DNA from: a virus
Reading direction: 5' to 3' (one strand)
IMG/VR virus record: IMGVR_UViG_3300017971_000057
DNA: 55,962 nt
A program made the position numbers and the translations under genes. Below, in pieces: positions 6,833 through 15,383 of this stretch (positions within the stretch are counted from its first letter, which is position 1; each line of letters begins with the position of its first letter). Under the pieces are notes generated by a model. It was given only the letters and a program-made list of their open reading frames with translations, was not told the DNA's origin and did not search any database.

Positions 6833-8562
6833 ATCGAAAAGGCCAGCTATGGCGCGGGGTGGACGTACAGCTCCAGGAGCGGCAGCGCGCACGTGAGGCC
6901 GTCCTGGAGACCTGGAGATGGGCCGAGACCGATGCGCCCCTCTCGCGCATTCAAGAGCACGTCCAGGCGCTCTCTGAGTACGACGAGGAGTACCTGGACC
7001 TGATGGTCCAGGATTTGCTCTGGGACTACATCGGCGCGCAGGAGACCAGCCTGGAGCGCGAGCGCAAATGGGCGATCAAGATATCTCGCCAGGCGTGGCG
7101 CTCCCAGTCCCCCTTGGCACAGTGGGCGGTGTGGACCTGGACCGCCTGGGGCATCGGGGACGCGGTGCAGGTCAGCGCCGAGGACGAGGCCAATGGCCAG
7201 CCGGTCCTGGACGAGTTCTGGAACGCGGACCGCAACGCCGCGCTCTTGGGCCAGGATCACCTTGATTCCCTAAGCGAGCGTGTCCTGGTGGACGGCAACG
7301 CGTTCTTGGCATTCTTTGCTTCCACGGTGGACGGCCTCGCCACCGTGCGGAACGTCCAGCAAGACGCGATCGAGATCGTCGCCAATCCCGAGGACGCCTT
7401 GACGCCCTGGTTCTACAAGCGCAGCCGGGTGACGGGAGAGGGTGACCCGACCGACCTCTACTATCCCGACTGGGCGCTCTACTGCGGCGGGGAGGACGCG
7501 GCGATCACGGTGGACGAGGCGTGGCAGACGCTCCAAGATCAGCGCAAAGTCCCACGCGATGCCCGGCGTGCCGATCAGGTGCGCAATGGCCAGCAGCTCG
7601 GCGGCATCGAGACCGGCCCCGGCACGGCGGTCTGCATGCTCCACATCGCCCACAACCGCAAGGATCTGGACAGCCTGTGGGGCTGGCCGCTCCTGACCGT
7701 GGCCCTGCCCTGGCTGCGGACGCACAAGCGCTTTGCGCAGGCCCGTTTCACCGTGGCGCTTTCGGTCGCGCAGTTCGTGCGCCGGTCGCGGGTGCAGGGC
7801 GGATCGCGCGCCGTCCAGTCCGTGATCGACACCATCGCGTCTAATCTGTCGCAGAGCCAATTCACCGACACCAACCCGCCGGCAGCGCCCGGTTCGTGGC
7901 ACGTCGAAAACCGCGCCGTCGAGACGAGCGAGCTTCCGATGAGAACCGGGGCCAGCGACGCCGAGGCGGATAACAAGCTGTTTGCGTGGATGGCCGGCCT
8001 GGGCGCGGGCTTGTTTCCCACCTCGCTGGGCCTGGACGCCTCGCGCTGGGCAACCGCCGTCGAGATGGACAAGGTACAGAGCTACTTGTTCTCCAAGTAC
8101 AAGCGGTTCTGGTCGGCGCAATTCCGGCGCGTGGCGCGGATCGTGTTCTCGTTCGCAGAGCAGTATGGAAGCGTGACGCTCCAGTCCACAGATGCAGAGG
8201 TCAGCATTGATTCCTACTCGCTGCCCGATTTCCCGCCGATGGTGGACGCGAGCAGCAAGCTGATGGCCAGCCTGCACGAGGCGGCGGGCCTGGGCATCAT
8301 CCCGGCGGGCGCCGTGGCCGCGATTGACGCCGCCCTCGTGCGGCCTGCCCTGCAAGCGATAGGCGCCGATCAGTTCGCAGAGCTGACCAGCGACGAGGCG
8401 TTCGGCGTAACTGGACGAGAGCAAGGGCAACAGGAGGCACAGTCAGCACTGAGGCGCATTGCCCTGAATTTCGCAGAGGGGTCAATAGACTTGGACCAAC
8501 TGGCCGAGTGTGTTATAGCAGAGGTGGTTGAACAAAAGGCGTCTCTGATGGTGGGCAAATAG
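6829..8562 (+). CDS. Portal protein
   Basis: ~577 aa ORF immediately after terL. ATG 6829 preferred over the track start 6751 because of the ATGA coupling. Confidence 0.7.
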   Translation: MNRKGQLWRGVDVQLQERQRAREAVLETWRWAETDAPLSRIQEHVQALSEYDEEYLDLMVQDLLWDYIGAQETSLERERKWAIKISRQAWRSQSPLAQWAVWTWTAWGIGDAVQVSAEDEANGQPVLDEFWNADRNAALLGQDHLDSLSERVLVDGNAFLAFFASTVDGLATVRNVQQDAIEIVANPEDALTPWFYKRSRVTGEGDPTDLYYPDWALYCGGEDAAITVDEAWQTLQDQRKVPRDARRADQVRNGQQLGGIETGPGTAVCMLHIAHNRKDLDSLWGWPLLTVALPWLRTHKRFAQARFTVALSVAQFVRRSRVQGGSRAVQSVIDTIASNLSQSQFTDTNPPAAPGSWHVENRAVETSELPMRTGASDAEADNKLFAWMAGLGAGLFPTSLGLDASRWATAVEMDKVQSYLFSKYKRFWSAQFRRVARIVFSFAEQYGSVTLQSTDAEVSIDSYSLPDFPPMVDASSKLMASLHEAAGLGIIPAGAVAAIDAALVRPALQAIGADQFAELTSDEAFGVTGREQGQQEAQSALRRIALNFAEGSIDLDQLAECVIAEVVEQKASLMVGK

Positions 8563-8563
8563 C

Positions 8564-9097
8564 GTGACCATGTTCTATCTGCTGATGGCAAGAGTGCTCA
8601 AGCCGGATAGTGCGTGCTTGGTGTGGTATGGTATCGGGTTTGCCCCAGACACATTCGAGGCAATGAGATCGCTTGAATATAGATGGCAATATGTTAACTT
8701 TATGCCTGGGCAAAATCAGCGCGGGGCATATATGACATTTAGCAACTGGAAGGGGCTCGTTGGCTACGAGAAAGGCACGAGATACCCCAATAGGCATATT
8801 AGGGATTTGATCTATGATCGTGCCTATCGCAGCTTGCCAAGCGGGGCCTGTCATTGGTGGACCAAGAACGCCGACTGCGTTGCTTACTATCTTTCAGCTT
8901 TTTCAGAGAGAAACGACGTTGTTTATGATCCGTTCTCTGGAAGCGGCACCGTCCCAGCAGTCTGCAAGATGCTGGGACGCCAATACATCGCCTTCGAGAT
9001 CGACCCCGACACCGCCAACCTTGCCCGCGAGCGGATAGCCAACACGCAGCCGCCACTCTTTGTGCCTGAGCCTGAGCAAATGGAGCTTGCCTTATGA
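8564..9097 (+). CDS. N6/N4 DNA methyltransferase-like protein, apparently lacking the N-terminal catalytic (D/S)PP(Y/F) motif
   Basis: AdoMet motif VVYDPFSGSGT and an RVLKPDS segment are present. The frame is closed by TGA at 8546, so no N-terminal extension is possible. Confidence 0.65.
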   Translation: MTMFYLLMARVLKPDSACLVWYGIGFAPDTFEAMRSLEYRWQYVNFMPGQNQRGAYMTFSNWKGLVGYEKGTRYPNRHIRDLIYDRAYRSLPSGACHWWTKNADCVAYYLSAFSERNDVVYDPFSGSGTVPAVCKMLGRQYIAFEIDPDTANLARERIANTQPPLFVPEPEQMELAL

Positions 9098-9708
9098 CTG
9101 ACCTCCACACCGTCGAGCTGGCCGAGCAGGGCCCCGCCTCCTACCGGGCAGAAATTCGCGGTATTACCCGCGGCCTCTGGACGGGGGCCTACGACTACGA
9201 TCAGGCGTTCGAGTTGATGATGTTCAACATTCGCGCCGGCCTGACCAACGCCTGGCATAACGGAATGCGCGAGGTAGGATTGCAACCCACCGATATGACG
9301 GCAGAGGAACGGACGCAGCTTGAGCGGGTCATTTTTGACGAGTTCACCCACGTCGACGGATTCTTGACCGCAATCGAGCAGGGCAGCAAGGCGAACGGAG
9401 GCAAGCTGCGGCCCTTGATGGCGCGGGCCGACCTGTGGATCAACCGCTACAAGGACGTGCAGAATCAGGCCAAGCAGGCGGCGCAGAATGATCCAAAGTT
9501 GAAATGGGTTGTTGATCCGGCCAAGGAGTCGTGTACGGATTGTTTGGCGCTAAATGACAAAGTGAAGCGTGCATCGGTTTGGAAGCGGTACGGATACAGG
9601 CCGCAGATGCCCGATCTGGAATGCGGGGGATGGGCGTGCGGCTGTATTTTGCAGCCAACGAACGAGCCGCTGTCCAAGGGCCCACTGCCCAAACTGGTGG
9701 GGGCATAA
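9094..9708 (+). CDS. Possible minor head / head-morphogenesis protein (Cys-rich C-terminus)
   Basis: Position after the portal. CTDC...CGGWACGC cluster. Assignment is by position only. Confidence 0.4.
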   Translation: MTDLHTVELAEQGPASYRAEIRGITRGLWTGAYDYDQAFELMMFNIRAGLTNAWHNGMREVGLQPTDMTAEERTQLERVIFDEFTHVDGFLTAIEQGSKANGGKLRPLMARADLWINRYKDVQNQAKQAAQNDPKLKWVVDPAKESCTDCLALNDKVKRASVWKRYGYRPQMPDLECGGWACGCILQPTNEPLSKGPLPKLVGA

Positions 9709-9720
9709 AGGGGAGCAGCA

Positions 9721-10095
9721 ATGAACAGACGAGATGCACTTAGAGCCATTGGAGTACTGGCAGCAGGCATTCTTGTACCAAAGGCAAGAGATGCTGACAA
9801 GGACGCTCGTATTGCAGAGCTTGAGGTGATGCTAGATACGGAAGAGGAACGGGCCGACGGTTGGGAACAGGGCTATATGGACCTGCTGACCGACTATCGA
9901 AAACTTGAATGCTGGTATCACGAAAAGTGCCACGAGCTAGAGATACAGCGCAGACAGAATGCCTTTCCTAACCGCGAGCCTTTGCCACCAGGCCCTAACA
10001 AGATCGTCTGGTCTATCGGTGACGAGTTCACAGACGGGCATACAATTGGCACGCTTGCCGAGCTTTTGGGCGGGGATCTAAAAGGGGAGCAATGA
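9721..10095 (+). CDS. Hypothetical protein with a twin-arginine-like signal peptide
   Basis: MNRRDALRAIGVLAAGILVPKA N-terminus; GGGGAGCAGCA upstream of the ATG. Confidence 0.55.
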   Translation: MNRRDALRAIGVLAAGILVPKARDADKDARIAELEVMLDTEEERADGWEQGYMDLLTDYRKLECWYHEKCHELEIQRRQNAFPNREPLPPGPNKIVWSIGDEFTDGHTIGTLAELLGGDLKGEQ

Positions 10096-10169
10096 CCGAC
10101 GACGCACTAGACACTCAACCCTATAGAGGGGAGTGAGCGCCTTTTTTTGTTGTCTACTGGAGAGATACT

Positions 10170-10652
10170 ATGGCACTACCCATATTTTCGCCCCACCCAC
10201 GCGGGTGGACCAACCCGGTTACGCTCCGGGCCTCTGCGGCTCTGCCTGCCGCTGGCGCGTGGGACGCTGCGCCGACGGAATCCTTTACCAGTGGGGCGGA
10301 CCACTTGACGCTCTCATTCACGTACACGCGCGGAGCCGCCGGGGGTGCATTCGACTGGCAGCTAGAGACCTCCATCTATGCCGTTGCCGCCAACGTCCCG
10401 GCGGGCGCGTCCGAATGGGTGACCGAGGCGATCTACTCGGCGGGGGCCGTCGCCGCGGGGGCGGACACACAGAGCCAGGTGCAGCGCGAGTATCAGACCT
10501 ACGGCAGCCAGGGCGCGGCGGCGGAGGATTTCGTCTATGGCCCGCTGGCCCTGAATGGCACGATTGAGCGCGTGCGCATCCGGGCCAGAGAATCGGCGGA
10601 CGGGGAAGTCGGCACGCCCGGCACGCTCTCCATTGTAGCGGAGCTATTCTAA
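10170..10652 (+). CDS. Hypothetical structural protein
   Basis: ORF track; co-oriented and tightly packed. Confidence 0.5.
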   Translation: MALPIFSPHPRGWTNPVTLRASAALPAAGAWDAAPTESFTSGADHLTLSFTYTRGAAGGAFDWQLETSIYAVAANVPAGASEWVTEAIYSAGAVAAGADTQSQVQREYQTYGSQGAAAEDFVYGPLALNGTIERVRIRARESADGEVGTPGTLSIVAELF

Positions 10653-10653
10653 A

Positions 10654-11145
10654 ATGAAACAAGGACTGACTGATCAAGCAACGCAGCCGGTTGGGGGCGT
10701 CGTTCTAGCGGATCCTTTGCCGGTGATTGACGAGTGGCGTATCTCGCTGGTTGCGGACGAGACAACCAACGACTCCGACAAGGTGATCTACACCGTTCCC
10801 GCTGACACAGAGGCTCAAGTGCTCTGGATCTGGAACGAGTTGACCACGACGGCGACGGTAGGTGACCGGCAGCTTGTGATCGAGATCCAGGACTCGGCAA
10901 ACGACGTGATCGGCCAGTTCCGCGCCGGTACAGTGCAAGCCGCGTCCCTTACCCGCCACTACCAGTTTGCGGCCAGCATGGCTGACCTGCAAGCCTTCCG
11001 CGATACAGATTATCTCATGACCCCCCTGCCACCCGGTCTGATTCTCCAAGAAGGCGATCAGGTGCGTGTTTTCGACAACAATGCTGTGGACGCGGCGGCA
11101 GATGATCTTGTGTGCCAGATGCAGCTAGCGACCAGGAGTATTTAG
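10654..11145 (+). CDS. Hypothetical structural protein (~160 aa beta-rich)
   Basis: ORF track. Confidence 0.5.
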   Translation: MKQGLTDQATQPVGGVVLADPLPVIDEWRISLVADETTNDSDKVIYTVPADTEAQVLWIWNELTTTATVGDRQLVIEIQDSANDVIGQFRAGTVQAASLTRHYQFAASMADLQAFRDTDYLMTPLPPGLILQEGDQVRVFDNNAVDAAADDLVCQMQLATRSI

Positions 11146-14100
11146 GTGGGCTTTGGCATCCACGGCGCGGGGATTCTGCCAGTCTCTCGCTTGGGCGGCT
11201 CGTTGGGGCCGTACATCTACAACTTTGATCTTGGCGACATCACGTTCTCGGATGACATGGCCGTGCGGGCGGGTGCCAAGGCGTTCGATACAGCCCCCAT
11301 CTTCCAGGGTAAGTGGGACGGAACAGGCACGCCGGACGCGGTGAGCTTCAGCCGTGGGACTTTGCTTGGCAACCAGACGCAGTATTTCTACAGCAATTTT
11401 GACCCGTATCAGGGTAGTATCTCGTTCTGGATCACACTGGAGTGGGCGGGCAACGATGGGATCGAGCACAACATTCTCTATGCCTCAGCCAACTACCGGC
11501 TTTACAAGTCTACCGGTAATGCGCTGGTATTGATCGCGGGCGGTCAGACCTACACCGGCCCGAGCACGGCAGCCTGGACCGCTGGCACAACTTACCATCT
11601 TGTCGCCTCGTGGGATGCCAAGAACACACTCGACGGCACGAACTATGCACGCTGGTCTGTGAACGACGCACATACCTACAGCGTGACCACGCAGCCGACC
11701 GCAAGCGCACCGGGTGCGACGGTTGGCGTAGGATCGACCATAACGCCCACGCTTGCCGCTGACGCCCAAATCTCCGGCTTGTTCGTTTGGCGTCGTGTCC
11801 TGTATGACGGCACCTACGGCGTAGGTGCGACCTTTGACGAGTCCGGCCTGGTAGACGAGATCGCCGCCGTCTATGCGGCTGGTGCGGGTGCTGATCCGGC
11901 ACAGGTCGTAGGCGGCTCCTGGGATTGTACCTTCTGCCTCCCAACTGACCAGTCAGAAGGCGCGCTTGCCACGACCGGCCAAGCCTGGTCGCATCCTTAC
12001 GGCTCAGAACTGATCGACGTGCCGTTCCTGGACGATGGCGGCCTGCCGGGGACGGACTACGCGGTAGAGTTCAACGGCACGAGCACCTACATTGGGTGTG
12101 GCAGCGATGCCAGTATAGACGATATTCCAAGCGGCGCAGAGATGACTGTCGCTGGTTGGGTGCGGTTGGATTCGACCGCCGCCAGTACCTTTACCATTAT
12201 CCACAAGGGCGATGCGCTGACTACCGGATGGGTGGTCTATGTCGGCGTGGATGGGCAGCTATACGGGTACGTGCCTCTAGCTACAGATAATATGCAGTGC
12301 ACCGTTGCCGTGGACATAGGGGACGGCAAGTGGCACTATTTCGCCTTCCACTATGACGACACGACCAAGACTGGCACAATCTCGGTGGATGGCGTGTGGG
12401 GCGCATCGGATACCGGCATCGGGGCCTACCAGTCCGACGCGGCATCGGACCTGGAAATGGGCCGCTTGACAGCGCTCTCCTCGTTTTGGGACGGTGGCAT
12501 TGCCTGGATCGAGATCAGCGACAATGATCGCCACACCGCTGGCACGGATTTTATCCCCCCTCGCGCACCCTACGCAGATGGGAACACAGTCGAATACTGG
12601 CTGATGGACGAGGGTACCGGTGCGACGGCTGCGGCCTCAGTCACGTCGCCCAACAACGACGGCACGATCACCAACGGCTCCTGGTCCGCCATTTGGGCCA
12701 TCGTCGGCACGCCAGTCATCCCACAGTCTCTAGAATTTGATGGTGCGGCAACCATCCTCAATGGCACGAGTGGGGCCAACATCGACAACCTACCCAGCGG
12801 AGCCAATGGCTTTACCGCCGAGGGCTACTTCCGGCACGATACAGCAGGCGAAAGCAACGGCGGGATATTCTGGACCAAAACCGGCTGGTATATGCAGTTT
12901 GCCAGCGCGACCACGATCCGCGTCTTTATCGACTATGATACGACGGACATCAACGAGACGTTCTCTTGGACGCCGGACGGCAGACAACACCACTGGATGC
13001 TGACCTATAACGAGAATGGTGTGGACCGTTTTGCGCGTGTTTACCGTGACGGCATTCTCGTTCACACCACAGCGGCCAGTGTGGGGAACTATGTCGCAGA
13101 CGCGGCCCAAACGCTCTACATTGGTAACAACGCCGGGGCGACGGCGACAATGGACGGCGCGATTGGCTGGCAAGCGCTCTCGGACAATGTGCGGACCGGC
13201 GCGACTTTTATCGCCAATTCGAGAGTAGCGCCGAGGGCCAACGATGCCAATATGCACCTTCGTTATGCCATGACAGACGGCGCGGGGACAGCCGTCGCAG
13301 ATACATCAGGCAACGCCTACAACGGCACGATTACGATGGGTTCGGGCGCCTGGAACAACACCCCTGATCTCAAGACTGACGAACCCGGCGCGATGATCTA
13401 CGAGCAGGGCTACAACGTGGGGAGCGATGGGGCCAACGATGGCATCTACATTCCGACGACCCTGACAGCGGCGACGGACTATGTGATCCGTGTGCCGCTC
13501 CAGTACAGTCCGAACGCTTGGCCTCGAATCACCTTGTACGATGTGACGGCAGTTGGCTCAATCGTTGATTTCGATGCGCCGCCAATGACAGCCGTTCACG
13601 ACGGCGGTGCGGGTGCAGCCGCATTCACGTCCACCGGAGAGGTCTACCCTGCCAGCTTGATTGGCGGGACCATCTACAACGTCACCGATGGAAGTTCCGG
13701 CACCATCACCGCCGTTGGGGGCACCAACCAGGACACGATCACCGCTGCACTCGCAGGGGGCGGCTCGAACGACTGGCAAGTAGGTGAACAAGCCTACATC
13801 GTGCCCCCTGATGGATGGGTGTTCAATGAGCCCATTGTTGCCCGGACATCGGCCAACACTGCCTACGAGGTGCGGATCACCAACCGCAACTCGGATGGTG
13901 TGATCACCGTGCATCAGGCTGAGGTGTTGGAGTCGTTGCTGGACAATGGGGACCACGAGTCCCTGAATGGTGGATTCCCTGGCGCGCCAGAGTTGATTAC
14001 TGGATGGACAAACTATTTACTAGATGCGGGTGATACTGAGCCAGAGGCGACAGTTGTGCATTCGGGTGCGCAGAGCTTGGAGTGGAATGCTAGTGCGTCT

Positions 14101-14934
14101 GACGAGGGTATGTATCTGGCTGGTTCTTTGGCAGTTGTCGGGGGATATTATAGCCAGGGAGTATGGTGCTATTGTGATGGATCTGCACGGATTGCGAGTG
14201 GGAGCCCTTCATCAGCCCGCGCAGTACGCCACAACGTAGCTACTACTGGACCCACAATAAATTCTGGTACAGGTCAGGTGTGGACGCCACTTTTAGGTGT
14301 GTTCCGAGCCAAAAATACGGACTATTGGCCGCTCGTGTTTGCTAGCAGTGGTGCAGCAGGAGATCGTTTTTCGGATGATACTTGGCTGTTTGCGTGCGAC
14401 TCTGTAACCCTCACCGTCACCCCGGCCTCCCAAGTCAATTCGCTAGAGACTCCAGCGGCGGGTAACCCTGGCATCCGCGTGGATGGGCGAGATAGCTGCA
14501 CGGTTCCAGCGGCAACACACAAAATGCTTGCGACAAGCGGCGGCGTTCGATTTCGTGTCACCCCGCGTCACAGCATCGCCAATTCAGAAGCGTTTGGGCA
14601 GGATTGGGAAGTTCTTTTTGACCTGACCGAGGATGCCAACAACTATGTGATGCTCTACCGCGACAACGCGGCTGGAGGCACGCTCTACCTCGAAGTGGAC
14701 CAAGCCGGAGCAGGGCCTTGGGGGGATTCGGCTACCCCGGCATGGGCGGCTGACACGGAGGCAAGCATAGACGTGATCAACTATGGCGGCTTGATCCGCG
14801 TGCTGTTTGACGGTTTGCCCCTCTTGGAGATCGGCGGCCTGACTGGCTTTGCAACCGACTTTACTGCCGCCGCCTACTTTGGCAGTGAGGACACGCCCAA
14901 CTACCAGGCGGACGCGGTTATCTCGCCGCCATAG
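11146..14934 (+). CDS. 1262-aa fibre/receptor-binding-like protein with about three LamG (concanavalin-A-like lectin) modules
   Basis: Repeated pattern FNGTSTYIGCGS...AEMTVAGWVRLD...KWHYFAFHYD... and LEFDGAATILNG...FTAEGYFRHD...HHWMLTY... Confidence 0.75.
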   Translation: MGFGIHGAGILPVSRLGGSLGPYIYNFDLGDITFSDDMAVRAGAKAFDTAPIFQGKWDGTGTPDAVSFSRGTLLGNQTQYFYSNFDPYQGSISFWITLEWAGNDGIEHNILYASANYRLYKSTGNALVLIAGGQTYTGPSTAAWTAGTTYHLVASWDAKNTLDGTNYARWSVNDAHTYSVTTQPTASAPGATVGVGSTITPTLAADAQISGLFVWRRVLYDGTYGVGATFDESGLVDEIAAVYAAGAGADPAQVVGGSWDCTFCLPTDQSEGALATTGQAWSHPYGSELIDVPFLDDGGLPGTDYAVEFNGTSTYIGCGSDASIDDIPSGAEMTVAGWVRLDSTAASTFTIIHKGDALTTGWVVYVGVDGQLYGYVPLATDNMQCTVAVDIGDGKWHYFAFHYDDTTKTGTISVDGVWGASDTGIGAYQSDAASDLEMGRLTALSSFWDGGIAWIEISDNDRHTAGTDFIPPRAPYADGNTVEYWLMDEGTGATAAASVTSPNNDGTITNGSWSAIWAIVGTPVIPQSLEFDGAATILNGTSGANIDNLPSGANGFTAEGYFRHDTAGESNGGIFWTKTGWYMQFASATTIRVFIDYDTTDINETFSWTPDGRQHHWMLTYNENGVDRFARVYRDGILVHTTAASVGNYVADAAQTLYIGNNAGATATMDGAIGWQALSDNVRTGATFIANSRVAPRANDANMHLRYAMTDGAGTAVADTSGNAYNGTITMGSGAWNNTPDLKTDEPGAMIYEQGYNVGSDGANDGIYIPTTLTAATDYVIRVPLQYSPNAWPRITLYDVTAVGSIVDFDAPPMTAVHDGGAGAAAFTSTGEVYPASLIGGTIYNVTDGSSGTITAVGGTNQDTITAALAGGGSNDWQVGEQAYIVPPDGWVFNEPIVARTSANTAYEVRITNRNSDGVITVHQAEVLESLLDNGDHESLNGGFPGAPELITGWTNYLLDAGDTEPEATVVHSGAQSLEWNASASDEGMYLAGSLAVVGGYYSQGVWCYCDGSARIASGSPSSARAVRHNVATTGPTINSGTGQVWTPLLGVFRAKNTDYWPLVFASSGAAGDRFSDDTWLFACDSVTLTVTPASQVNSLETPAAGNPGIRVDGRDSCTVPAATHKMLATSGGVRFRVTPRHSIANSEAFGQDWEVLFDLTEDANNYVMLYRDNAAGGTLYLEVDQAGAGPWGDSATPAWAADTEASIDVINYGGLIRVLFDGLPLLEIGGLTGFATDFTAAAYFGSEDTPNYQADAVISPP

Positions 14935-14943
14935 GAGTACAAG

Positions 14944-15318
14944 ATGGCCTACCAATTCAGATACCGGCTGCAATCGCAGCCCACTCCGCGCAATGACGGA
15001 TCGGGGTGCGTCGATCACGACATTTTTGCAGAGGCATCCAGCGACGGAGAGAACTGGATCACGGTCCCCGGTCGGCACAAGACGATCAGCGTGCCCGCTG
15101 TTACGCTACAAGCGGCGCTTGGGGCCGGGACATTTCCACAGATCGCGGCAGCGTACAAGAACGCTCTGGCGGCGAACCTGGCCTACCAGCCGATCCCGGT
15201 TGCGGGCTGGACCATTGCTCAACTCGCGGTCTTGATGGAAGCGAACGACGCCGCAATCGCAGCAGCGGAAGGCGTGGACGGTCTCGGCCTGACCTACCCG
15301 GTGCGGTTCGTGATATGA
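14944..15318 (+). CDS. Hypothetical protein
   Basis: ORF track. Confidence 0.5.
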   Translation: MAYQFRYRLQSQPTPRNDGSGCVDHDIFAEASSDGENWITVPGRHKTISVPAVTLQAALGAGTFPQIAAAYKNALAANLAYQPIPVAGWTIAQLAVLMEANDAAIAAAEGVDGLGLTYPVRFVI

Positions 15319-15383
15319 AACGCTGGAAACAGATCGCCATTGCCGAGATCTTGTGGCCCTTGGCGTGGGTGTGGAGTAGATAG
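15315..15383 (+). CDS. Tiny hydrophobic ORF (22 aa, MKRWKQIAIAEILWPLAWVWSR)
   Basis: ATGA overlap with the upstream stop; its TAG directly abuts ATG 15384. Confidence 0.25.
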   Translation: MKRWKQIAIAEILWPLAWVWSR

